From the sequence record OP599913.1: DNA of 64,000 bases, one strand, 5' to 3'. Within the stretch, counting starts at the first letter, position 1. Every line of letters begins with the position of its first letter. The notes under the pieces are model-generated. The model ran no database searches and had not been told where the DNA came from. It saw nothing but the letters and a program-made list of their open reading frames with translations. Shown one piece after another: positions 7,622-18,184 of this stretch. Both the position numbers and the translations under genes were made by a program.

Positions 7622-10234
7622 ATGACCATGAAAGGGTTTGATACGGATAACCCATTGCTGGCCTACGCGACAGACCACCTGTGGGGTAACCCGGAAGAGA
7701 ATAACCAGTACCAGGTGCGTACAGTACGGCTCAGTGATTACTACGGAGATGTGGACAACTTCTCCTTTATGGGCAAATGGCGGAGTTTGCCTAAGCGGGA
7801 TACGTTCTATTACGTCTTTTCTGTAGGGGGGTTGGATGCAGGCTATTGGAACTTCCATACCAACTTACTGAAACGGAATCCCTTAGACCGGTGGATGAAC
7901 CTGGCCGAGCTGTGTAAACGCCGGGGTGTTCAGCTGGATATCTACAACACCAAAGGGTACCAGTACAGCCGGAATAAAGCTTGGGTCATGATGACGTACG
8001 ATAAGCTCACGTTTATCGCCCTGGAGAAGTATAACACCTACCCCATGCCAACGGGTCAGGAGATGTTCTTTCGATGCTACACCGCTTCCAGTGAGGTGGC
8101 GAAGAATGAACAAACCGCGAATGCTGCCAGTAACCCGTACGTCTATGAGACCATGGTGTACGAGAGTCAGGCTGAACTGGCGGTCTTTAATAACCGGTAC
8201 TTAGCCTGTAAAGGCAAACCTGGGTTTACCGGGGTAACAGTGAATGGGGTCTATTGGCACGGTAATCCAGGGTCGATTCCTAATTTGGTCCTAGGGGACG
8301 TAGTGGAGTTCTTCCATGACCCCACTGTGATCCGTACGGAGCTGTACGCGTACAACACCCTGCAAGACTTCTATTCCACCTTGGATAAGAAACGGAAACT
8401 GATCCTGCATCCTCCTAAACGCCCAGGGGACTTTACCCTTCGGTATTTTGATGACAACGATTACTACCTGTTGGGTAAAGGGTCGACAGGTCTGTATTTC
8501 CATCGGAATGCGGTGAGTACGATTCGTCAGTTGACCCATGTGGATGTTGCCATTGCGGATGACCAGATCCAAGCCGCCAGTAATTACCACAAGGACCTCA
8601 GTGAGGTGAAGGATATTCGTATCCTGGTATTGGTTCGTAAAACGGATTGGGAATACCCTTGGCCGCATGATAATCAACGGATCCGTTACCTCTACCGGAT
8701 GACTGATGAAAACATCCTTAAAGCCATGACAGGTGATCGAGCAACGGTGCCGGAGTGGACCGCTCCTAATCTGGAAGCTGGGGTGGTGATGAGTTTTACC
8801 CGGAGTCAAATGAAAGCGTTGACCGTAGAGGGTGCTCGTAAAGCGGTGGGGTACAATGCGGCAACTCGGGTCCTCAGTGAAACCCCCCTTAAAGCGGTAT
8901 ACGAGGCGGGTGGTCGAGGGGTTGAGATTCCCATCAGTTACCGAGTCAGTTGTACCGCTTGGGAACATGATGAGAACGGGTGCCTGTTGGAATACCACAA
9001 TGTCAACAATATTCGGTACTACGCGCCTCGTAATCCGAAGTGTCAACTCGTTGAGTTCACCTGTGGTCAATACGGACGAACATTGGACTATGTGGTAACC
9101 AATACTGATCTACCCTTAGACCCCTTTGATGGGTTCAGGGTGTATACCAGTCATTTCAATGTGGATCGAGGGGAAATCACCGGTGAGTTAACGGATGTCA
9201 CTGGGGATAAGAAGATCTACGAGGTGGTTAATGAGGTCTTAGTCTGGAAAGGATTGGATCCCGTTAACCAACGTGGGGTAGTGGTCTTCAATACCCGGAC
9301 CTTGGCTTATGGGTTTGAACTGGATCACATTGATCACAGCTTGAGCTTTGCCATTACCCACATCTATGAACCGGGTGGATTGGCAGTCCCTTTGATTCCT
9401 GCTCAAATCGATATTTGGATGAACGGTCATCCATTGATTGATAATGTCGATTGGATCTTTGACAACGGGTACTGCTACATCATCAACAAACAGTTCATTC
9501 AACCGGGTGCTCAACAGTTTGTGGTGCGTTGCCATGACCTGTGGGAGGATAAGGAACGTCCTAAGGTAGAAACCGAACTCGGGTTCGTGGACGGTGGGGT
9601 GATTGGACGGTTTAAACGGTATAACCTGAGGGAAGACCGGGTGACGCGTACCGTCATTGGAGGTCGTTTGGTGGTAACGGACGATGTGCCTACGGCCGAG
9701 CTGTCTTCTCCAGATAACCTCTGGAATCACCTCAATGGGTTACCGTACATGGTCAAACATGTCTTCCAACCCATTAAGTATGTCGTCCCCTATGACAACT
9801 TCCCAGGGTATAAAGAGAGTCGGGAGATTGATCAACGGGTGAGTGATTACTTAACGGAATACTGTCCTAAGCCGTTGGTGGATCCAGTGATACCGACCCT
9901 TCAGGATAAGTACCGGTTGTTCAGCCCCTTCCTGAATGTGGTGGTGAATGCGATTAAGAACCGGTTGTTGGTGGTTCCTAATCGAGTAGACGGTGAAGAG
10001 ACGTACAGCCCTCAGTTCATTGAGGAACAGGTCAGTTCGTACAAGTGGTGGTTAAAGTACGACCCGGTGATCCGGGAATACGACCTCCGCTATTTTGCCG
10101 TTATGCCCTACGCGAATGATGAACTGCTCTCGGTAACACCCAACCAGTTTGTCTTCATTAAGCAAGTGAACGACCTTTACTTGAAGTCTGTCTGTGTCAT
10201 TGAAGGCCACTTTGAAGTAAGTAACAGTGACTAA
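7622..10234 (+). CDS. Virion structural protein, putative baseplate region (phiKZ gp27-like by synteny)
   Basis: 870-aa aromatic/beta-rich ORF between the sheath and the terminase. Confidence 0.7.
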   Translation: MTMKGFDTDNPLLAYATDHLWGNPEENNQYQVRTVRLSDYYGDVDNFSFMGKWRSLPKRDTFYYVFSVGGLDAGYWNFHTNLLKRNPLDRWMNLAELCKRRGVQLDIYNTKGYQYSRNKAWVMMTYDKLTFIALEKYNTYPMPTGQEMFFRCYTASSEVAKNEQTANAASNPYVYETMVYESQAELAVFNNRYLACKGKPGFTGVTVNGVYWHGNPGSIPNLVLGDVVEFFHDPTVIRTELYAYNTLQDFYSTLDKKRKLILHPPKRPGDFTLRYFDDNDYYLLGKGSTGLYFHRNAVSTIRQLTHVDVAIADDQIQAASNYHKDLSEVKDIRILVLVRKTDWEYPWPHDNQRIRYLYRMTDENILKAMTGDRATVPEWTAPNLEAGVVMSFTRSQMKALTVEGARKAVGYNAATRVLSETPLKAVYEAGGRGVEIPISYRVSCTAWEHDENGCLLEYHNVNNIRYYAPRNPKCQLVEFTCGQYGRTLDYVVTNTDLPLDPFDGFRVYTSHFNVDRGEITGELTDVTGDKKIYEVVNEVLVWKGLDPVNQRGVVVFNTRTLAYGFELDHIDHSLSFAITHIYEPGGLAVPLIPAQIDIWMNGHPLIDNVDWIFDNGYCYIINKQFIQPGAQQFVVRCHDLWEDKERPKVETELGFVDGGVIGRFKRYNLREDRVTRTVIGGRLVVTDDVPTAELSSPDNLWNHLNGLPYMVKHVFQPIKYVVPYDNFPGYKESREIDQRVSDYLTEYCPKPLVDPVIPTLQDKYRLFSPFLNVVVNAIKNRLLVVPNRVDGEETYSPQFIEEQVSSYKWWLKYDPVIREYDLRYFAVMPYANDELLSVTPNQFVFIKQVNDLYLKSVCVIEGHFEVSNSD

Positions 10235-10245
10235 AGGGGATATTC

Positions 10246-11970
10246 ATGTTTGACAACAAACCCAGCACGAGTGCTGAGCGAGCGGTGGCGGGTACTGATT
10301 TGGCTCCTGAGAATGACGGCCAACGGTACAGGATCCATTACCTGCCTGACATCTATGATCCGGACAAGCATCCGCCGGAGGACATTGTTAAGTACGTGGT
10401 TCCCCGGGAACGGGAATTGGTGATCGATGTACCCAATAAACAGTTCCTGGAGGTGATTCATGTGGATTACCAGGGGAAGACCTTGAAGTCTACCTTGGTC
10501 CCGTGGGAACCGCGGACCAGTGAGGACGGTACCACAACTGAACAAGATTGGATCTTCGGTCTACGAGGGGGCCCTCTGCTGGGTGAAGCCTTGCTGAGTG
10601 TGGACTACAGCCAACGACCTAACGTAGCGCGTGTTGACAGCACCATCATGCGACCCGGCGCAGCGTACGCTAAACTCTACCTCGGTAACGACGCCAGTGA
10701 CAACGGTCGGATCATCAGTGCCCAGTACGACAAGTCGGCGAATATGATCAGCAACAAGGTACCTACCAAGTTGGCTGAGATCGTAGACCGTACGAACCTG
10801 GAGATTATGACCACGGGTCCTTTCAGTGTCACGGAGAACGAGGAGGCCCTGAAAGACGGTACGCGTTGTACGTTGGTGTTCTATGACGAGGGGGGTAACT
10901 TCATTCCCCCGGTTCAACCTGTAATGGTCCAACATTGTGCATACATGCGGGATCACCAGATTGGTACCAAGTATGTCACGGAGATTGAACTGCTCACACC
11001 GTGGTTTACTAATACAGTCAATGCGGAGAAGATTATCATTCCGGTGAACGTATTGGTAACGGCTATTGAGTTCAGGGCGGTGATTCATTACTCGGATGGC
11101 AGTACCAGTGCGCCCATGCCGGTGAACGGTGAACGGTTCAACCTGTACGGGTTGAATGAATGGCGCCCCACCTGGCCGGGTCAAGAGGGTGAGATCGTTC
11201 TGACCCTTAAACTGGCAGCGAATGAACAGCATTACATTGCCAAACCCGGGAGTCCCGATCACATCAGTCGAACCTATTCGGTAGAAGCCGGTCCTGTTAA
11301 AGGCGCGTACTCGCCGAAGATCTACACCTTCCCGCAATGGGATCCGAGTATTTCGGGGTATCGACTCCAACATTGGCTGTTGGATCTGGATCGGAAAACG
11401 GCCATTGATGTGACCGCTCAAGTGAAGTTCAATGAGAAGAGTGAAGTCTGGCGGCCTTCTGCCTACGGGGTTGCTCAATCGTTGATCTTTAACTTGAACC
11501 TGAGGGATGTATCGAGTCAGTACGAGAGTGTGATCTTCCGGCAGTACACCACCATTGTGTTGTATAAAGACATCAATGGGCCGGGTAAACGCTTTGATGT
11601 GTCCTTCTCGCAGAATAAACCGTCGTACGAAGCGAAGTTCATTGTCGCTAAGAACGCCGGGGTCGCTACCACGGTCAATGTGGCCAACGGGTACGGTAAT
11701 CAAACGGATTGGCTGAAAGCGTTGTATTGGGGGGTCGAACCGAGTTTCAATCGGTTCGATGAAGAGAAAGCTCCTTTACCCACTCATTTCTACCTGGTTC
11801 ATGAAGACGGGCGTTCCTGGCGGTATCCGATCTCGGATTGGAATAAGAACAACGCCATCAACATTGAACTTCAGAAGGGCAAGACCTGGTTCCTTCGTTG
11901 GGTGGAACGCCAAACGTCTGGTGATGAGAAGCAACTGGCCGTTACTGGTGTAACGGTTGAATTTCCTTAA
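10246..11970 (+). CDS. Virion structural protein (phiKZ gp26-like by synteny)
   Basis: 574-aa ORF with AAGGGG SD, directly upstream of the terminase region. Confidence 0.7.
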   Translation: MFDNKPSTSAERAVAGTDLAPENDGQRYRIHYLPDIYDPDKHPPEDIVKYVVPRERELVIDVPNKQFLEVIHVDYQGKTLKSTLVPWEPRTSEDGTTTEQDWIFGLRGGPLLGEALLSVDYSQRPNVARVDSTIMRPGAAYAKLYLGNDASDNGRIISAQYDKSANMISNKVPTKLAEIVDRTNLEIMTTGPFSVTENEEALKDGTRCTLVFYDEGGNFIPPVQPVMVQHCAYMRDHQIGTKYVTEIELLTPWFTNTVNAEKIIIPVNVLVTAIEFRAVIHYSDGSTSAPMPVNGERFNLYGLNEWRPTWPGQEGEIVLTLKLAANEQHYIAKPGSPDHISRTYSVEAGPVKGAYSPKIYTFPQWDPSISGYRLQHWLLDLDRKTAIDVTAQVKFNEKSEVWRPSAYGVAQSLIFNLNLRDVSSQYESVIFRQYTTIVLYKDINGPGKRFDVSFSQNKPSYEAKFIVAKNAGVATTVNVANGYGNQTDWLKALYWGVEPSFNRFDEEKAPLPTHFYLVHEDGRSWRYPISDWNKNNAINIELQKGKTWFLRWVERQTSGDEKQLAVTGVTVEFP

Positions 11971-11982
11971 GGAGGAAACAAA

Positions 11983-12168
11983 ATGACCAGTACGGTTAAC
12001 GTAACCGCTCATTGTACCGAAGATAAGGAAGTAGTGGTTCGGGTCCAGACTCCTGAAGATATCTCGCAAGAGGTTATTCTTCAGAACGGTGAGAAGACGG
12101 AAGTGGTGGTGTTCGGCGCTAAGCAGGTCATCATTCACGAACGGACTCGGTTGGAACCCGAGGGTTAA
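11983..12168 (+). CDS. Small hypothetical protein
   Basis: 61 aa with a perfect AAGGAGG SD. Confidence 0.8.
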   Translation: MTSTVNVTAHCTEDKEVVVRVQTPEDISQEVILQNGEKTEVVVFGAKQVIIHERTRLEPEG

Positions 12169-12192
12169 CGGCGGCTGATCCTATAGTTAAAG

Positions 12193-12221
12193 AGTAACCC
12201 TGGGCAGTGCCCAGGGTTACT
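12193..12221 (+). terminator. Hairpin/terminator upstream of terL
   Basis: agtaaccctggg / cccagggttact 12-bp stem. Confidence 0.55.
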
Positions 12222-12253
12222 TGATTGTTATAGGGTTTTCGTGGAGTTGATGT

Positions 12254-15200
12254 ATGACAGACGAACAGAACACATCCCTTTCCTATGCTAAATGGTTGGT
12301 TAAGTACCTGAGATGTAACAACCTGCCCAAAGAACTGATCGATGATAAACGCCTCCGTATCGACTGGGAGGCTCGAACAGACGACGAAACCCTTTTAGCT
12401 CACTTCAATGAAGACAGCTTAAGTGGTATTAAGACTGTTCGTTTTCTCAAGGACTTTTTCAACTACCAAGCGGGTTATGATCGGGAGACCCGGAATACCA
12501 GTTTCCTCAGAACCACGGAAGTGTTCAGGCAACAGGGAATCAATAACTTTTACTTCATCCTCCAATTGAACAATCCCCTGTTGAAAGGGGTGGATCCCTT
12601 TGATCCTAACCTCACTCCTGAGCAACAGGTGTGGGTCCTGGAGGAGTGTCGGAGTAACTTTTGGTACTTCCTACGGGAAGTCTGCCGGTTAAAGCCGAAT
12701 CAGCCCTTCTTAGCGAACCGGGGGAATATCAGCTTTATTTGGTCGTATTTGAATCACATTACCACCTACATGATCATGCCGCGGCAACAGGGTAAGCAGC
12801 AGCGTAACAGTGCTAAGGTCCGTATTGTACCTAAGGATACCCTGAAGACTATTACCCCTCAGGATACTTGGAAACGGATTGAACACCTACGGGTGGGGGA
12901 TCAAGTCCTGGACCGTTCCGGGAAACCGTGTCAAGTGATTGGTATCCACCCCCAGGGTAAACGCCGGTTGTATCGTGTCATTACCAGTGACGGGCGAGCC
13001 ACGGATGTAGGGACTGAACACCTGTGGACCTTGAAGGATTATTCCAACTGCCTCAATGGACGTGCACTCTGGAATGACTATTCGACCGTTGATGTCATTA
13101 ACCTGTTGAAGAAGAAGGTGAAGCTTCAATTGCCGTTACCGGCTCCGGTACCCGGGAGTGAACAGGACCTACCTATTGACCCGTACGTTCTCGGGTTGAT
13201 CTATTGCGGGCAAGATCAAGACGGTAAGGTTATTATCCCCACGCGTACGGATGCGGTTAAACAGTACGTGGCTGATCTTCTCCCTCGGGGGGTAACAGTT
13301 ATTCAGGGAGTGGCTAACAGTTGCTTAGAACGGACTGATAACCAACCTTATTTATTCAACAGGGAACACGGTTTACCGGATCAATACCTAGAAGCCCCTT
13401 TAAACGCCCGGAGAGACCTCTTACAGGCGTTTTTAGACGTTAGGGGTAAGGTTGGTAGGGGTAAGGTCTTTATAGCCTTAAATCGCGTCCTAGGAGGTCA
13501 ACTGGCGTATTTAGCCCGTAGTCTAGGTGGAACCGGTAAAGTCACCAAGAACGGAGTAGAGATTACCCTACCGGAAGAGGTACCTCCGTTCAAGTTCAGG
13601 GAAGAGAATGTCGTCTTTGATAATCGGTTGCTGATCGAGCGGGTGACTTTCGTAGGGGATGACGATTGTACCTGTATTGAAGTCGATAACAGTGAACAGT
13701 TGTATTTGACCGATGACTTCATTGTGACCCACAACACGGTATCGGTTCAGGTGATTGACTTCTGGTTAACGTACATCATGGGCCGGGGGTATACGAGCCA
13801 CTTGATTACCTTGAAGTCGGATAACCGAGCTCAGTTCATTGCGGCTATTAAGCAGATACGGAGTTCCATTCCCTCGTATTTGATTAACTCGACCTACAAG
13901 GACAAGGATGCTGGTACCAGTCTGACCTACAAGGCCTTTGGGGAAGATAACGTTAATACGCTGTACATTAACGTCCCTCAGATCAGTCAGGATGCAGCAG
14001 GGGATCTCGGTCGGGGGTTACGGGTAGGGACTACCAACTACGATGAGTCCGGGTATATTCGGTTCATCGACACCATCATTGACGGGTGTTCCCCGTCCTC
14101 GCTAACGGAAATGGCGTTGTGCAGAGAGCAGGGGTTGCCGTATGGGATTACGCACATTACGACCCCCAATACCACGCTCCATCCCAGCGGGGAGTTTATG
14201 TTCAATAAACTCATGAGTGCAACGGAGTGGCGGGAGAAGTTCTTTGATTGCTTCAGTGAGAGTCACTTGAGGCAGATGTTACTCAGGGCTTCCCCTACGA
14301 AGACAACCTCTCCGTCAGTCTCCATGGTGTACAATTACCTTCAACTGGGTAAGGACAAAGCCTGGGTGCGGGAAACCATTGACCTGCTAGGATTGAGTTT
14401 GGCGAAAGCCAAGATCGACTTATTGCTCATGTGGGTGGAAGATGGGGAGAATCGGTTGTTTGACGATGTGACCCGGGAAGCCATTAACAACATGAAGCGG
14501 GACGTGGTGTGGAGTAAGGAGTATCGGGACTGTAACCTGTACGTGGACTTCTTTGTGACCCAACAGGAATTGTTGGAGATGGCAAAGAAGGAGTACAATG
14601 ACCATTTCCTGATTGGTGTGGATACGTCCTCAGCCATTAACAAGGATGCCTGCACCATTGTGATTCGCAGTATGAAGACGGGTAAGGTCATTGGGGTGGG
14701 ACGATATCCCTTAACCTTCTTGGATGATGTCACAGCCATTGTTGTGGATTTGCTGGACGTGATTCAGAACAGCACCTTGATCATAGAGCGTAACTACGCG
14801 CATCACATGATCGACAGTCTGTTGATTATGCTGCCGGCTAAGGGTATGGATCCCTTTAAACGGGTCTTTAACCAAATCTACCAAGACACCGTCAATAACG
14901 CTAAGGAGTTTGAGGAAGTCCAGAACACCAAATTTGCTTACCGGAATAAAGCGTTCTACCTGAAGTATAAACAATACTTCGGGTTCGTGACGACCAAGAC
15001 CACTCGGGACGTCCTGTACGGCCTCATCCAAGAGGCGGTTGGGAATACCGGGTACGGCCTCTGTTATGCGAAGCTCGCGGATGAATTGATCAACCTGAAA
15101 CTCAAGGGGGATCGAATCGACCACGATGCGAAGCAGCACGATGACTTGGTCATTGCGTGGCTACTGAGTTACTGGTTCATTAAGCTCGGGGAGAACAAGT

Positions 15201-15520
15201 CTTTGTACGGGATTCCTCCAGGGATTGCCTTAACGGACACCCGTAACCTACTGAACTCTGCTCAGAACCAAGGACGAACCGAGTATGAGCCGTACGTGGT
15301 TCAACTCATCGATAAAGTCCGGAGTAAGGTTCACAGCCTAACTGAAGAACTGATGAGCACCCAGGACAATATCTTAGCACTTCGTCTAGAGGTGGAGATT
15401 CGGAAGTTAGCCAAGATGTTGCCTCCGGAACAGAATCGCATGATGACCATTGACGTGCTGTTGGAGAACGCTAAAGTGGAACGCAACAAACGCCTACTGC
15501 AACAACGCAGAACAGCATAA
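12254..15520 (+). CDS. terL: Terminase large subunit, intein-containing (about 775 aa after splicing)
   Basis: Walker A MPRQQGK|TVS split by an intein, Walker B TNYDESG, nuclease motifs LIGVDTS and HDDLVIAWLL. Confidence 0.92.
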   Translation: MTDEQNTSLSYAKWLVKYLRCNNLPKELIDDKRLRIDWEARTDDETLLAHFNEDSLSGIKTVRFLKDFFNYQAGYDRETRNTSFLRTTEVFRQQGINNFYFILQLNNPLLKGVDPFDPNLTPEQQVWVLEECRSNFWYFLREVCRLKPNQPFLANRGNISFIWSYLNHITTYMIMPRQQGKQQRNSAKVRIVPKDTLKTITPQDTWKRIEHLRVGDQVLDRSGKPCQVIGIHPQGKRRLYRVITSDGRATDVGTEHLWTLKDYSNCLNGRALWNDYSTVDVINLLKKKVKLQLPLPAPVPGSEQDLPIDPYVLGLIYCGQDQDGKVIIPTRTDAVKQYVADLLPRGVTVIQGVANSCLERTDNQPYLFNREHGLPDQYLEAPLNARRDLLQAFLDVRGKVGRGKVFIALNRVLGGQLAYLARSLGGTGKVTKNGVEITLPEEVPPFKFREENVVFDNRLLIERVTFVGDDDCTCIEVDNSEQLYLTDDFIVTHNTVSVQVIDFWLTYIMGRGYTSHLITLKSDNRAQFIAAIKQIRSSIPSYLINSTYKDKDAGTSLTYKAFGEDNVNTLYINVPQISQDAAGDLGRGLRVGTTNYDESGYIRFIDTIIDGCSPSSLTEMALCREQGLPYGITHITTPNTTLHPSGEFMFNKLMSATEWREKFFDCFSESHLRQMLLRASPTKTTSPSVSMVYNYLQLGKDKAWVRETIDLLGLSLAKAKIDLLLMWVEDGENRLFDDVTREAINNMKRDVVWSKEYRDCNLYVDFFVTQQELLEMAKKEYNDHFLIGVDTSSAINKDACTIVIRSMKTGKVIGVGRYPLTFLDDVTAIVVDLLDVIQNSTLIIERNYAHHMIDSLLIMLPAKGMDPFKRVFNQIYQDTVNNAKEFEEVQNTKFAYRNKAFYLKYKQYFGFVTTKTTRDVLYGLIQEAVGNTGYGLCYAKLADELINLKLKGDRIDHDAKQHDDLVIAWLLSYWFIKLGENKSLYGIPPGIALTDTRNLLNSAQNQGRTEYEPYVVQLIDKVRSKVHSLTEELMSTQDNILALRLEVEIRKLAKMLPPEQNRMMTIDVLLENAKVERNKRLLQQRRTA
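12797..13735 (+). mobile_element. Class-3-type intein in TerL (313 aa) with degenerate LAGLIDADG domain
   Basis: Starts QQRNSAKV (no N-terminal Cys/Ser). Block B EHLW, block F CTCIEV, ends FIVTHN|T. Endonuclease motifs are decayed (LGLIYCGQ, FLDVRG). Confidence 0.88.
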
Positions 15521-15528
15521 GACCTGAC

Positions 15529-15559
15529 CCTCCTGGAGCCCCACAAGGGCTCCAGGAGG
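15529..15559. terminator. Terminator between convergent genes
   Basis: cctcctggagccc / gggctccaggagg 13-bp stem. Confidence 0.75.
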
Positions 15560-15613
15560 TATCGGGTTATTTCTGCTTCAGAAAGGGCGGTATAACCCAC
15601 TTAGTTACAAGGG

Positions 15614-15910
15614 TTACGCTACAGCAAGCAGTGCATGTTCCAGTTCTTGCAGAGTGTGACCTTTAGCCGGCTTGCCGTTGGCCAATAGGGTGAAGGCTTC
15701 AGAGGCGGTGGTATGATCCAGATACCAACGGTAGTTCGGCGAGTTTTCGTCGAACATCGGCGAGCGGGAGGGTTCACCTGGTGGTGTAGGGATCCAAGGG
15801 AAGATCATGAACACCCGGATTGACGCTGAACCACTTTCCACCATCACACTAACCATGGTGTGCGTATGGCACGAACAGAGAAGCTTTTGGGTCAAGGGGA
15901 GTGCGTGCAT
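15614..15910 (-). CDS. Hypothetical protein (98 aa)
   Basis: Start refined to MHALPLTQ, which has an AGGAG SD and avoids overlap with the upstream gene. Confidence 0.6.
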   Translation of the reverse strand: MHALPLTQKLLCSCHTHTMVSVMVESGSASIRVFMIFPWIPTPPGEPSRSPMFDENSPNYRWYLDHTTASEAFTLLANGKPAKGHTLQELEHALLAVA

Positions 15911-15957
15911 AGTGTCTGCTCCTACGCAGTCTGCATGAATAAATTCCTTGTAACTGG

Positions 15958-17319
15958 TTATTCGAAATAATCCTTGGACAGTACGCGCAGTACAATGAAC
16001 AAGCACAACGCCGTACGAGTGGTTAATACCCACTGAGGGGTTTTACGTCCGGTAATGGCAATCACAATCTGATCACCTAATTCCCGAATCGTCTTAACCA
16101 TGTCATTCCGACTCCGACTCGCCCCGTAAGCACCGCGCATCTTGATCAACACGTTGTAGACTTTACTGCGTTTGATGTTGTTGGCGTGCAGGTAATCAAA
16201 CAGGTGCAATACGACCGTTTCAGCAAACTGTTTGTACTCAGGGGTTTTGGGGTTGTTGTACCGCTTAGGGAACTCTTGCAGGGTATACGTCAGCATGTTC
16301 ATCCGAACATCCTCCAGTACACTGGCTGCATAGTTCATTAACTCTTCCTTGTAGAACGAGGTTTCCTCTGTCAGGATACGGTCCAGGTACTGAACGTGTT
16401 GATTCACGTCTTTCGCTACCGACTTAATGGTCAGTTCATCTCCGAGGTTAACCTTAGAGTTCTCCAGTTTAACGATGTTGGTCTTGTTCTTGACATCGTG
16501 GAAGACTTTGTTAATGTCGTTAATCGCCCTTCTAAGCCTGTTCTGAATATCTCCTACCATGTAAACGATTTTCTTATCATCGTTCATCTGGGTAAAGGCT
16601 TCGTAGTGGATACCGGTCTTAGGGTTCAGGATAAACTCCGCCCGAGCCTCAATCAACGCCCTCCAGCTTCCATACCGTTTAATGTCATACTTCAAGCTCA
16701 ACCGGTTATAGGTCTCCAAGACAACCTCTTTACGGGCGGTAAAGGGGTAGTCGTTGTGAATGATCGAAGTGAGGCATTTGTAGTGGTACATGCACACCAC
16801 ATCTTTCATGGCTTGATGTTTAACTTTCTCCGGTAACTTCGAATGATGAATCCGGTACAGCAAGTAAGGAATGGTCATATTGAACGCATCCCCTACGACC
16901 GCCCACTCTTTCTTGATGGCTGCCGCGTTGTGGAGGTTCTCTTTGAGTTCCTCTTCATCCAGGTCAATGATGTCATTGAACCATTGGTTACGGTCTGCGG
17001 TAGTAAAGGTGATCTTCTGCAACCCTAGGTACGGGCTCCCAAAGAACTCCATGTGGTCCACCACACCCATACGGCGGGTAATGAACGCATACACGTACTT
17101 CTGAAGATCACTCGCCCACCGAGGGGTAATCTCCAAGTACGTCGCCAGTCGGGTAAAGATCTCCAGAATGGCATGGTTACTCTGGAATTCCACCCCTGAC
17201 AGTAAAGCTTCATTCCCTTCCACGCCTAAGAGGTCACTATCAGGAGTCTTTGCCTCTTCAAAGAGACTAAAGATATCCTGGTCCCCTACGAGGTCTTCCG
17301 TTCCGTCTAATACTAACAT
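15958..17319 (-). CDS. Conserved jumbo-phage protein, probably virion structural
   Basis: About 453 aa from MLVLDGTED (AAGAGG SD). Acidic N-terminus with G-x-E motifs, in a late-type minus-strand unit. Confidence 0.7.
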   Translation of the reverse strand: MLVLDGTEDLVGDQDIFSLFEEAKTPDSDLLGVEGNEALLSGVEFQSNHAILEIFTRLATYLEITPRWASDLQKYVYAFITRRMGVVDHMEFFGSPYLGLQKITFTTADRNQWFNDIIDLDEEELKENLHNAAAIKKEWAVVGDAFNMTIPYLLYRIHHSKLPEKVKHQAMKDVVCMYHYKCLTSIIHNDYPFTARKEVVLETYNRLSLKYDIKRYGSWRALIEARAEFILNPKTGIHYEAFTQMNDDKKIVYMVGDIQNRLRRAINDINKVFHDVKNKTNIVKLENSKVNLGDELTIKSVAKDVNQHVQYLDRILTEETSFYKEELMNYAASVLEDVRMNMLTYTLQEFPKRYNNPKTPEYKQFAETVVLHLFDYLHANNIKRSKVYNVLIKMRGAYGASRSRNDMVKTIRELGDQIVIAITGRKTPQWVLTTRTALCLFIVLRVLSKDYFE

Positions 17320-17335
17320 TGAAAACCCCTCTTGG

Positions 17336-18184
17336 TTAATTCCGACGTGGTGTTGCCATCCGTATTGCTTCAATACGGGCTTGTTTATCCGACCACGTCA
17401 TGCAGTTGATCCATGTGTTCTTGAAATACTCTTTGTATTGGGTCCACGCGTCACTGTAGGCCTGTATATCGTCCCGTATGGCGTCTAGGGGAACGCCTGA
17501 GCGATAAACCGCCTCTTGGGTAGGTCGCCTACAGGTTTTGTAAATATACGCCTTAACGGCCAATTCAACGAGCTCTGCGAACTGCCGGTAATGACGAGGG
17601 TGAATACTGCTCATCCCTTCATCGTATTCCATGATTACTTTAGCACTCATGGAATACGTTCCCGCATTCAACCCAAAGATCACAAAGCAGTTATTACCGG
17701 TCATATGGACATTGGTGAACGTGACTGGCATACTGCGGTTAGAACTCAATCCCCCCAGTAAGCCATCCATCATGTCATTCAGTACTCCGGACCCACACAT
17801 CGTGTTCTCATTCACTCCGGCTCCTAACTGCCCTACTGCGGAACTCATACTCCCCAAATAGACTTCCGTCACACTGATGATCTTAGCACCCCGAGTCGTC
17901 GCTTCCGGTACGTTCACCTCTACGCACCCATTCCCCCGATCACGGATCATGGATCCTCCCAGATCCAACAACTCCGTCTTCCCACCCGCTACGTTACATT
18001 CCGGTAGAACAATACGGTGAATCACCTTCTCCCGTATACCCTGTTCCACAGTTGTCTGGTTAACCAGGTTATACCAATTCCCCGCATAGTTCGCATTGGG
18101 GGTTTCAAACGCTAGCTTTAACAAGTACTCGTCAATATCACTGCCACTCACTACACGATTGATCGCATGGTCTACTGGATTCAT
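17336..18184 (-). CDS. Conserved jumbo-phage protein, probably virion structural
   Basis: 282-aa ORF with GAGG SD, preceded by the ATGTTATGATTCCC late-like motif. Confidence 0.7.
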   Translation of the reverse strand: MNPVDHAINRVVSGSDIDEYLLKLAFETPNANYAGNWYNLVNQTTVEQGIREKVIHRIVLPECNVAGGKTELLDLGGSMIRDRGNGCVEVNVPEATTRGAKIISVTEVYLGSMSSAVGQLGAGVNENTMCGSGVLNDMMDGLLGGLSSNRSMPVTFTNVHMTGNNCFVIFGLNAGTYSMSAKVIMEYDEGMSSIHPRHYRQFAELVELAVKAYIYKTCRRPTQEAVYRSGVPLDAIRDDIQAYSDAWTQYKEYFKNTWINCMTWSDKQARIEAIRMATPRRN